Below are positions 1-14,054 of a stretch of 64,000 nucleotides of DNA, piece after piece; position 1 is the first letter of the stretch, and the number at the start of each line of letters is the position of its first letter. Source of the DNA: the human T2T-CHM13v2.0 reference genome, Homo sapiens; assembly GCF_009914755.1 (NCBI RefSeq), contig NC_060930.1, one strand, 5' to 3'. The position numbers and the translations under genes were made by a program. The notes under the pieces were generated by a model. It did no database searches. It saw only the letters and a program-made list of their open reading frames with translations, and was not told the origin of the DNA.

Positions 1-249
<249 letters not shown>

Positions 250-494
250 TGTGGAGGAGACTTCTGTACAATAGTGCACAGGGAGCTGGAGCGTTGAAGT
301 TTTATGAGCCCACAAGTTATCTGAGGAATAAGGAAGGGGTCAAGAAAAATGACTCAGGAAGTAGTCTTCAAAAATGCACACAGTTCAGGAACTAAAAGAG
401 AAAGGGAAATAAGAAAAGGAAGAGACCCAGAAAAATGTTGTGCTATGGCGGTCCAACCAGGAAAAAAAAAAGTGTCGTAAAAAGGAAAAAATTG

Positions 495-1092
<598 letters not shown>

Positions 1093-3041
1093 CTGTCAAT
1101 AGTTTAAAAAAGCATTGGTATACCAGTAAGGGGCTTACAACTTTGTTTTTTTAGACTACAGTTTTTCAGTTTGTGGTCTTTTAGCAATATTTGCTGATAT
1201 TTTTCTGTCCTGGCTAATTTTTTTTCAAATGTAATTCTAAGTACTTATCAATTTGTAAATATACATTGTTCTCTTTCTTAATGAATAAAAGGTAATCTCT
1301 CCAACTCCAATCTTAAACTTTTAAGTTATATGAAAAATTTATACATTTTATGTGCTTCATGAAAAAATATGAATTTTTACCATCTACTAGAATTAAAATA
1401 CCTTAGAAGTAGAAAGTACTTATTTTATTCTCCACACATCCTTAAATAGCCCATGCAATTACAAAGTAGTTAGTAAGTATATGAACTAAACAAAAATGAT
1501 TCATATATGAGTACCAATATATAAATATATGCATCCTGAAACAGGTTACCATTGACTTCTGAAGAAGAATGTGTAATTCTATCAACCATTCAGGTCTACA
1601 TCATTTTTTTATTCTTAGCTGTACCACAGGAGACTAAACCAATAAATACAGCAATTTTTAAAATCAATTCACCTGGTATTCAAGGTTTTAATTGTACTTT
1701 CTTCTCTTCTATAGCTATTGCTACAAATGTTTAAAGAGTCAAATGAAAAGATTACATTGAATTAAACAGTAAATTCATTTTAAAATACAGAAAAAATACA
1801 ATACTATTGAAATGTCATATAAATTATTTTACATCTGGTGAAATAAAATATTACAGAATATTATAAATGGAGACACACAAAGCCAGATACATATGTTAAA
1901 AAAAAATTATGTATGGACTAATAGATAGGAAATCATGCTAAAATGACCACACCCTGTATGTTTAAGTATGTTGGAACTAGGTAGGGTTTTTTCATCTTTT
2001 CCTGTTTTACCAAAATGTCTATATTGAGGGTAACCTTCTGTAAACAAATTTGAATGTATACATTTAAAAACAAAGCTCTAAATAACCTTTCTAGGTTCGC
2101 CTTGCTTCTGAATCTTCTGCAGTCTGTTTAAAGCAACTGGCCTGCACATGCTGATGCTCTCACAGATTTAAGAGTTTAAGAAGAAATCCACAAATTCAAG
2201 CATATACATCTAATAAGTTAATTGAGTTTTTAATGGCATTTATTTGTATTTTGATAACTAGTTAGCAAATGAAAAGTGCACTGGAAAGAATGCATTAAAT
2301 TACTTAGGTGAAGGAATGACATACATAAAAATTGTCAAAGGGATGACGGAGGAAAATAAACCAGTTTCATTAAACCAACACCTAACACATGCAGTGAAAA
2401 ACCCCTTGTTCTGATGGCAATGAACGTTGTATTTCTATCTTAATACTTTGCATTACGACTGTCCAATGCATTGTATAGTTTTCAAGGACCCAATCATACT
2501 CTTAAAGTACTTCCTTAATAAGAGGTAAATTATATAATAGTAGAACACAGCTGTGTTTGCTACAAAAATTCAATAAAACAATTTAATAATCTTCATAAAG
2601 TATTTATCTACTTGAGTGAATTAACTAAGTACTCAATAGAAATTGCTTTAGTTCTCCACAGCCATTTACTCATGTGGTATATCCTCTGTGCACATTTCTC
2701 AAGTGCTCCTCTGAGGTGTGGACAGCATTCCACACACATTGGACAAAGACTGCTGAACCAGCCGAAATCTACAGATGAAGACTCCATAAAAGTAACAAGC
2801 AAGGAAAAATAAACTACATGACATGCCTTGATTCCATGTCTCTTTTCGTCATGTTATATATTTTTCTTGTGAAATAAGGTTTGGAAGAATCTGAGGGCCA
2901 AAACTGAAACCAAAAAGTACATGGCAAAAAATAACATATAAATAACTCTTAAAATATGAGGGAAAACATAAAAATATAAAAACCAGATGAAGAAAATAGG
3001 CAAAGGGCACAAATAACTCCCCTGCCTCCTCACTCCCCAGT

Positions 3042-3075
3042 TCTCTCTCTCTCTCTCGCACTCTCTCTCTCTCTC
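3042..3075. repeat. (CT)n microsatellite, interrupted
   Basis: tctctctctctctctc gcac tctctctctctctc. Confidence 0.9.
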
Positions 3076-4003
3076 ACAAAGACATATAAAGAAATGATAC
3101 TCAAACTTATGAAAAGGTGTTCAACCTCACTTAAACACATGAAAAGATGTTCAACACAAGAGAAACAAAAATAAACAGACATCATGTATGGCATCTATCA
3201 CATTCTCAAATATCATTACACACTGTCAACAAGACTATGGGAAACGGGTTCTATGGTACATTACTGGTTCTGTCATACATAATTGCATACACACATGCAA
3301 AATGGTGAAATCTACATGGAGCAGAATTTAGCAATAACTCACAAAACAACATATCCATTTACCTTTTGCTGCAGCAATCTCATTTTTCTAGAAATTAATG
3401 CTAAACGTATATCTCCAACAATACAAAAACATACGAATTAGGGTTTTCACTGTGGCACTATGTCTAAACTGCAAAATACTAGAAACAACCTCATTGCTCA
3501 TAAATAGGAGAAGAGTTGAATAAACTACATTACATCCACACAATGAAATACTCTACCACTGGAAAGAATAGATAGGTCTGTAATTTTTGATATGGCATGA
3601 TTTTTAACATACTTATTAAATGATAAAAGCAAAAAAAAGTATGCAACTTTTATTTTAAAAAGAGAAGAGGAGAGATATATATGTATTTACTTCTTTGTAC
3701 AGAAAAAAACCTGGGAAGGTAGGAAGGAAGTGTAAATCTAAAATTAATGTCATGCACTACCACAAAAGGGTAGGGGAAATGAGAAAATAAATCAAGAGGA
3801 GAATAAGATTTATCTGAGCATATCTTTTTATATAAACTTTACTTTTGAACATGTTACTACTTTCACAGTCCCAAAAATAAAACAACGTTCACAAGAATTG
3901 GAGAAAAAAACTAAAATAGCACACCAGTCAGAAAAAAATGAGCCTATATAGCTATATCAAATTAATAAAGTAATCATATAGAAAAATATTAAATCAAGTA
4001 ACT

Positions 4004-4057
4004 TGATTATACCCTAAGTGGGATATATCCTGATTATTCCCTAAGTGGGATATATTC
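4004..4057. repeat. 27-bp tandem duplication
   Basis: tgattataccctaagtgggatatatcc followed by tgattattccctaagtgggatatattc. Confidence 0.85.
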
Positions 4058-4543
4058 TAAAAACAGAAAGGGCATATAGTCTAAAGACAGAAAGGACTGC
4101 CAAGAAATCATGAACTTTACTTGGTTAGTTTGCTGTTGATGTGATATCAGCGGAGCAATTCTGAAAATATTTTTTGTATTATAGATAAGAGTCAATGGTA
4201 TGTACGTTGATATTGTCGAACAAGATATGGAAATGGAAAGGAAGAATTCTATATATTGAATGAAAATTCTAGATATCAGTCTGAACTACTCACTCTCAAT
4301 AGATGGATAATTGACAGGTAGATTTATATGAAAGATTTATAAATAGATTTATATATAGTCTAGAAGCAGTGACACCTGCAGTAGCAATAAGCACATCGGT
4401 CAGAAGAAGAAGAGTACAATGAGAGAACAGAACATTTTGTTTTGCCACAAAGTAAGAAAGTGCCCCAAAACAAGATCCAAGGGTTACCATTAGCAAAATG
4501 TGGCTGAACTTCAGTAAAAAATAATGATCAAAACAATATATTA

Positions 4544-4960
<417 letters not shown>

Positions 4961-6129
4961 CTAATACGTCCAGAAGAAATTCTGGAATTAGAAAATTACT
5001 GTTTTGGAATTCCCAGTGGAATCATTGATTCAGGCAACAATCATCAATGTATGCTAAAACCATTGGGTCAAATTTTCTTGTAAAACAGGATATTCATATC
5101 ATTTAAAGGTCTTACCCCAAAAACGATGAACTAATTACACAGTGTAGAAAGTTGTTTTTATGGAAGAATACCAAGTGATCAAATGTAACAGTAATAGGAC
5201 AAGCTGATATTATTTGCTTCCTAATGTAACCCACTGGTAAGAACACCATTTCACCTATGACTATTCTTCCCAAAAAATGTTTCAAAGAGAATCTGGTAAT
5301 GAGGAAACAATCAAAGAAATCCTAATCATAGACATATGTAATTGTGGGACAATGCACAAAACCACTGCACAAAATCAGTGTCACAAAGGGCGTATGTGGA
5401 AGAGCCATTCTAGAACAAAGAGTCTAAAGAGACATAACAACAAAACCCAGTATTTGATTGGCTTCTAAATCCAAAATTTAAAAAATAAACTAAAAAGGAT
5501 ATTTTGTGGGAAATTGGAATAGGAGCTTTCACAAAATTATTGAATTGATACACCTGTGATTGCAAAATAATCAATATACTGTCTTAATTATGAGGGAGAG
5601 AAAATAAAAGTAATTTAATATAAAATAACATATAAGTCAATATTTTGTTATGAACGTACAAATATATTTGAATTTGAATACATGATAAGACAGTCAGATG
5701 TTTGTCCCTGAATACAGACTTATCATGGGTGAAACAGCTGTACATGGAGTCTACTATCAGTGTGCTGTGTTAACACAAGCGCCATGAATGACACGCATGT
5801 TACTGCCTTTAGTTTTCGCAGTAGGGAACAATGACTGGGAAAATTCCAAACAAAACACAACACAAACTTCTTTCATTTTACATTGTAGTTGCATTGCTAA
5901 TAAAAATCAGTAAAACATAAAATCTTGCAAAATATACTCTGCAATTATATATTTAAAATACCTCCGTTCTAGGCTCTGAAAATTATAAAGTTTTCTAAGT
6001 ACATGAATGTCTGGTGGTGTATTTTTAAAAATTGTACAAAATCAAGACTATTATTTGCTGGGCAAGACAGTCCTCATTGCAGGATGTTGAGCATACCTGG
6101 GCCCTTCCCACTATATACTAAAGGTGCCC

Positions 6130-6530
6130 TAAGGTAGGTGGGAGCCAACTCTGAGGTGGAGATCAATATGCAGGACTTTATTAAAAAGTGTTCTTGGTTT
6201 CAACACAGTGGAAGGGAAGGAAGTAAGATTGGGCAGAGAGGGAAATTAGTCTCCATGAAGTCCTCAGATTATCCCATGGGACATTCTGAAGTGAGGAGCC
6301 TTCCAGCATGGACAGAGTATTGGGCCAGGATACGCCCAGATCAGTTATTGGATGTGGGCTGCTCTGGGAATAGGGTGGGTTCTTGGACAAGGTGCCTGTT
6401 GTGAGCAGAGAGAATCCTGAAGAGAGCTGACAGCTGAGAGCTATCAGACGGCAGCACAGCCAGCAGCTGGAGTGACAATCCTCCACGCCTGAAGGGGGAG
6501 CTGGGTACAGATAACAAAGTCCACTATACA
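6130..6530 (-). mobile_element. MaLR LTR (MLT1J-like)
   Basis: agccaactctgaggtggag...aggactttatt...ggaagtaagattgggcagagaggga resembles old MLT1 LTRs. Confidence 0.55.
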
Positions 6531-6904
6531 TTCCTAAGAAGTATGACAATAAAAGTAAAAGCCAATGTTTTAATCTATATAAAATGTAACTGTATTTTCC
6601 ACCGAAAGTGTAGGACACTCTTAAGATTTTTTTAAATTTTTGTAAAGATGATTTTTTAGTTTCCTTCCCCATCACCCCTTGTACACACACAAACCCACAT
6701 GCACAATACACACACACCTCTTAGATTTGGAATTGGAACGACATTAAATTCATAAATTAATTGACAAGAAAATTGTCTTCTCATTCGGGAAAATGGCAGA
6801 GGTTTTCACTTAATTATAACTAAATAAAATAGACATTAATAGTTTAAAAAACCCTGATAACTGCTAATAAAGGAGAAGTCCCTTAATTTACTGTAAGTTA
6901 TCTG

Positions 6905-7826
<922 letters not shown>

Positions 7827-7829
7827 TAA

Positions 7830-9950
7830 GGGTTAGAAAGGAAAGAATGAAACAGTCCTTATTTGCAAATGATATTAGTATTAACATAGAAAATCCAAAA
7901 TAATCCATAAGGATTATAATTAATAAGTACATTTAATAAGTAAATTAATAAGTAATATTTCTATTTACAAATTTATTATATAAAAATCAATTATGGGGGG
8001 AGGGATAAAAGACTATAATTTGGGTTCAGTGTATACTGCTCAGGTGATAGGTACACCAAAATCTCACAAATCACCACTAAAGAATTTACTCATGTAACCA
8101 AACACCACCTGTTCCCCCCAAAACCTATGGAAATAAAAATATAAAAATAAATACAAATTAAAAAATAATTTTAAAAGTCAATTTCATTTCTATGTAACAC
8201 AAAATAGAAACGTAAAATTTAAAAACACATCACTTATAATAGCGTCAAACAATTACCAATAGTTGGAATAAATCTAACAAAAGTCATGTAAGATCACTAC
8301 AAAAATAACTATAAGACGTTGATAAAGAAATTTAAAACCTCAGAATCAAAGAGTGTACTATGTACGTGAATTGGAAAACTCAATCATGTTACCATATTGA
8401 TTCTCTGCAAATTTATCTATAGCTTCAGTAAATTGTCAATCAAAATCCTAGCAAGATTTTTTATAGAATATGTCAAGATGATCTTAAAATATATATGAAA
8501 ATGCAAAAGTCCAGGAAAAAACCAAAATTGTCTTATGGAAAAAGAATAAAGTTAGAAGAGTTGTGTTATGATAAATCAATAGTTGACTGGTAATATTAAC
8601 TGGCAATACTAAAATAGTATAAGATTGGTGCAAAGCTACCAAAATAGACTATGAAACAAAACAGAGAGTCTAAAAACAGACCTGCACATATGTGAACACT
8701 TGATTTTTGTGAGAAGTGGCACTGCAAAGCAATAGGGAAATGGTATTTTTTTTCAATAGATGGTGCTATTTAAATGTACATTAAAATAGAAAAAAATAGA
8801 AACTTGACTCCTAACATTGTACTTTTTATAAAAATCAATTCCACATTTGCTATAGAGCTAAATATAAAAGGGTATATAATAAAGCTTCTGGAAGATATTA
8901 TAGAAGAATATCTCTATGACCTTATGGTTAGCAAAAACTCCATAATGAAAACACAATAATGCAAAAGTCATAAAATAAAGTAGAGAAATTAAGCTTCATT
9001 AAAATTTAATAATTCTGTTTACCAAATGATAAAATTAAGGAAGTGAAAAATTGATCCATAGGTTGGGTATATATATCTGCAATTCATATATTAGCAAAAG
9101 GTTGATTTGTAGCTGTAATATATAAGAACTCTTGTAAATCAATAAGAAACAAAATTTAACAGTAAAAGAGAACAGTCAAATGGTCAAAAAACGAAAACAA
9201 AATAAAGCAAACAATGAAAATGTGCTTATTTCTCATTTGTCAGCAGGAAAATGCAAATAAAATCACAGTAAATGCCATTACATCTTCACTAGAGTGGCTA
9301 AAATTAAAACAACTGATGATAATTGCAGAATAGATGAAATTCTCACAGACTGCTGGTGGGAGTGCAAATTGGTACAATCACCTGTAAGAAGTGTTTATCA
9401 GCATCTACCAAATCTGAATATATGCAGGAATACTTACCCTATAACCCAGCAAATCCACAGCCCACTCCTAAATAACCAGTAGAAATGTATACACATATTC
9501 CAAAATGTATATAAAAGAACAAATGTCCATAAGCAGTAGAATGGTTAAATTGTGGTATACATGGTAATTGAAAACTATACAGCATGAAAATGAAAAAAAA
9601 AAAAAAAAGCCCTGGTATTTGAAAAAAAAAGCATAATAATCTTACAAACATATTATTCAAAATAACAAGATACAAAAACAACACAAGCTGCATGATTCCA
9701 TTTATTAAAGCCAAACACAAGCAGAAGTAATCTGTGATGTTAGAGGTCAATGTTACAGGTCAGGAGAGTGGTCACCTCTGAGGAGAAAGAAGGGCATGCA
9801 ATTGGCATAAGGCAGAGGAGCTTCTGAAATTCTGCCTGTATTCATTCCTGATCTAAGTGTTGGTTACTTGAGTTTATTTTCTTTGTAATATGCCATCAAT
9901 CTATTATAATTTGTACATGTTTCTGATTGTGTTTTGTTTCCATTTTAAAA
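7830..9950 (+). mobile_element. Old L1M (L1ME/L1MC) ORF2 and 3' region
   Basis: Degenerate ORF2: tccttatttgcaaatgat...atagaaaatccaaaa, ggaataaatctaacaaaag, tgctggtgggagtgcaaattggtacaatc. Confidence 0.75.
7994..8170 (+). mobile_element. Short 5'-truncated L1PB 3' end nested in L1M
   Basis: caccaaaatctcacaaatcaccactaaagaatttactcatgtaaccaaacaccacctgttcccc; TSD-like aaaaatcaatt / aaaagtcaatt. Confidence 0.8.
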
Positions 9951-10709
9951 ATTTAAACTAATAATTATTGTTCCATACAAACCATCCTCATCAGTGCCCA
10001 GGTCCACACACTTTCTCTTTTTCTGCATACATCCAATTCCAAACATGATACATGTAGTCCCATACAAATATTCTATGCTCAATTGAAAATAAATAATACA
10101 CTATTGTCTTTTCAAGGAGACACCAACAGTCATGTCCAGTTTCTGGGTTCTGTGCTGAGTTTAAGAGCTCTAGGGGCGTGAATTCTTCTTGGTTAGTTCC
10201 AATTGTGGTTCCTCATGGCCCAAGAAGTAGTCAATGGTCCCAATTAATGAGAAATCTTATCATCCCAACACACTCAAAGTACCACCTTCAAAGATAACAA
10301 TATCCTCATCATAATAAGAGCTTCCCTTGAAAAATAGAGAAGAGGAAGAGCCGCAGAGTGCTGATTGGTCTGTGATACTCATCCCCGTGGGAAGGAAGGG
10401 TAATGATTCCTTGCTCTACAGTAAAATGAGGCCCCCAGAGGCAATCTGGTTGGTTACAGTTGTTCTTGCTCTGAAGACTTTCTTGACACACCTGAAGGGA
10501 CCCTGGGGGTGGGGGAGTGGGGAGTCAGGGGCAGAGGGATGGGGGATGATTCTCTTCTGGGGCTGCATGGCTTTAGGACCTTTCTTCCTTTTGGCATACT
10601 TGGAAGAGCTGATGATTGCTTTTGATTATAAGCACTCAAGACTCTCTTTTTAGATTTTGGCATTTCCTAGCAATAAGTCCCTTAAAAATTCAATTTGATG
10701 ATGAACTTT

Positions 10710-11224
10710 AATTCATTCCACAAATATTTACTGAGTGCGTATGATTGTCTAGGCTTTATTCTAGATACTTGGGATATATCAGGGAACAAAACAAATGTAA
10801 ATACTAAACCCAAGGAGATTGTGTTCTGGAGGGAGCAGGCTGAGATTCAACAAACAACACAATAATAAGTAAATTATATGCTGTAGAAGGTAATTAGTGC
10901 CGGTAATAAAGAAGAAGTAAAGCATGACCTACCATAGAAAGGAAGGTTGGAATTGGAGGACAGCAAGATGGTGGAAGGGGAAATGGTAAAAGTTTAGTAT
11001 TAATATTGTCAGTAGAGGCCACTTTGCAAAGGTGAAATTTAAGCGAAGACTTGAGTTAGAGAGGGAGTCAGCCAAGCAGTTATCTGAGGCAAGAGAATCC
11101 AAAGGAGTGGAAAACATAACAAACATACCCTAAGGGGAAGCATGATTGACCTGTCTAAGGATTGTAAAGGGTCATGGTGGCTGGAGGAAATGAGGGCAGG
11201 TTGAACAAGAAGTATGAGGAAGTA
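10710..11224 (-). mobile_element. L2 (L2a-like) fragment
   Basis: attcattccacaaatatttactgagtgc...ctaggctttattctagatacttggg...aggtgaaatttaagcgaagacttga. Confidence 0.7.
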
Positions 11225-14054
11225 GCAAATGCAAAAGAACTGAAACCATAACAAACAGTCTCTTGGGCCACAGCTCAAACAAATTAGAATTCAAGATTAA
11301 GAAATGCACTCAAAACCACACAACCACATGGACATTGAACAATCTACTTCTGAATGACTCCTGGGTAAATAATGAAATTAAGGCAGAAATCCAGTTCTTT
11401 GAAACCAATGAGAACAAAGAGACAATATACCAGAATCTCTGGGATACAGCTAAAGCAGTGTTAAGAGGGAAATTGATAGCACTAAATGCCCACATCAAAA
11501 AGCTAGAAAGATCTCAAAGTGATACCCTAACATCACAACTAAAAGAACTAGAGAGCCATGAGCAAACAAACCCCAAAGATAGCAGAGGCCAAGAAATAAT
11601 CAAAAGCAGAGATGAACTGAAGGAGATAAGGACATGAAAACCCGTTCAAAAAATCAGCGAATCCAGGAGCTGGTTTTTTTGAAAAAATAAAATAAAATAG
11701 ACCATTAACTAGACTAATAAAGAAGAAAAGAGAGAAAAATCAAGTAGACACAACAAAAAATAATAAAGGGAATATCACCACTGACCCCAAGAAAATACAA
11801 ACAACCATCAGAGAACACTATAAACATCTCTATGTAAATAAACTAAAAAATCAAGAAGAAATGGATAAATTCCTGGACACATACACCCTCCCAGGACTGA
11901 ACCAGGAAGAAGTTGAATCTCTGAATAGGCCAATAATAAGGTCTGAAATTGAAGCAGTAATGTATAACCTTCCAACCAAAAAAAACAAAAAAAGCCCAGG
12001 ATCAGATGGATTTACAGCTGAATTCTACCAGAGGTACAAAGAGGAGCTGGTACCATTTCTTTTGAAACTATTCCAAACAATTGAAAAGGAGGGACTCATT
12101 CCTAATTCACTTTATGAGGCCAGCATCATCCTGATATCAAAACCTGGCAGAGATACAGCAAAAAAAGAAAAATTCAGGCCAATATACCTGATGAACATTG
12201 ATGCAAAAATCATCAATAAAATACTGGCAAACTGAATCCAACAACAGCATATCAAAAAGTTTATCCACCACAATTAAGTCAGCTTTATCCCCAGGATGCA
12301 AGGCTGGCTCAACATGTGCAAATCAATTAATGTAATTCATCACATAAAGAGAAGTAAAGACAAAAACCACATGATTATTGCATTAGATACAGAAAAGGCC
12401 TTCAATAAAATTAAACATCCTTTCATGTTAAAAACTGTCAATAAACTAGGTATTGATGGAACATGCCTCAAAATAATAAGAGCCATTTATGGCAAACCCA
12501 CAGCCAGTATACTGAATGGGCAAAAGCTGGACGCATTCTCCTTGAAAACTGGCACAAGACAAAGATGAACTCTCTCACCACTCCTATTTAACATAGTAAT
12601 AGAAGTTCTGGTCAGGGCAATCAAACAGGAGAAAGAAATAAAGCATATTCACATAGGAAGAGAGGAAGTCAAACTGTCTCTGTTTGTCAATGACACAATC
12701 CTACATCTAGAAAACCTCATCATCTCAGCCCAAAAGCTTCTTAAGGTGATAAGCAACTTCAGCAGTCTCAGGATACAAAATTAATGTGCCAAAATCACAA
12801 GCATTCCTATACACCAACAATAGAGAAGCAAAGAGCCAAATCATAAATTAACTCCCATTCACAATTGCTACAAAGAGAATAAAATACCTAGGAATACAGC
12901 TAACGAGGGAAGTGAAGGACCTCTTCAAGGAGAGCTACAAACCTCTGCTCAAGGAAATCAGAGAGGACACAAATGAATGGGAAAATATTCCATGCCCATG
13001 GACAGGAAGAATCAATATTGTGAAAATGGCCATACTGCCCAAGGTAATTTATAGATTCAATGCTATTCCCATTAAACTACCATTGATATTCTCCACAGAA
13101 TTAGAAAAAAAACTTTAAATTTCACATGGAACCAAAAAAGAGACCTTATAGACAAGATAATCCTAAGCAAAAAGAACAAAGCTGGAGGCATCACACTACA
13201 TGACTTCAAATTATACGACAAGGCTACAGTAACCAGTAACCAAAGCAGCATGTTACTGGTACAAAAACAGATACATGGCCCAATGGCACAGAATAGAAAT
13301 CTCAGAAATAAGATGGCACAGCCACACCATCTGATCTTCAACAAACCTGACAAAAACAAGCAATGACAAAAGGATTCCCTTTTCAGTGCTGGAAGAACTG
13401 GACAGCCACACGCAGAAAATTGAAACCAGATCCCTTCCTTACACCTTATACAAAAATTAACTCAAGATGGATTAAAGACTTAATTATCCATTTGGATAAC
13501 TAAAGACTCTAGTTATCCATTTGTCTAATCTTTTTTCAAGGTAAAACCTAAAATTGTAAAAACCCTAGAAGACAATCTAGGCAATACCATTCAGGACATA
13601 GGCACAGGCAAAGATTTCATGATGAAAATGTCAAAAGCAATGGCAACCAAAGCAAAAATTGACAAATGGGATATAATTAAACTAAAGAGCTTCTGCACAG
13701 CAAAAGAAACTATCATCAGAGTGAACAGAAAACCTACAGAATGGGAGAAAATTTTTGCAATCTACCCATCTGACAAAGGTCTAATATCCAGAATCTACAA
13801 GGAACTTAAACACATTTACAAGAAAAAAAAAAGACATTACAAAGTGAGCAAAGGACATGAACAGACACTTCCCAAAAGAAGACATTTACGTGGACAACAA
13901 ATGTGACAAAGAGCTCAACATCTCTGATTATCAGAGAAATGAAAATCAAAACCACAATGAGATACCATCTAACACCAGTCAGAATGGCAATTATAAAAAA
14001 GTCAAGAAACAACAGATGCTGGTGAGGCTGTGGAGAAATAGGAACTCTTTTATA
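11225..14054 (+). mobile_element. L1PA (about PA7/PA8) ORF2 fragment, truncated at both ends, pseudogenised
   Basis: ORF-track peptides match L1 ORF2p ([19 protein letters not shown]; [14 protein letters not shown]; [17 protein letters not shown]; [18 protein letters not shown]); multiple stops and frameshifts; ends within the CCHC-encoding segment. Confidence 0.93.
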
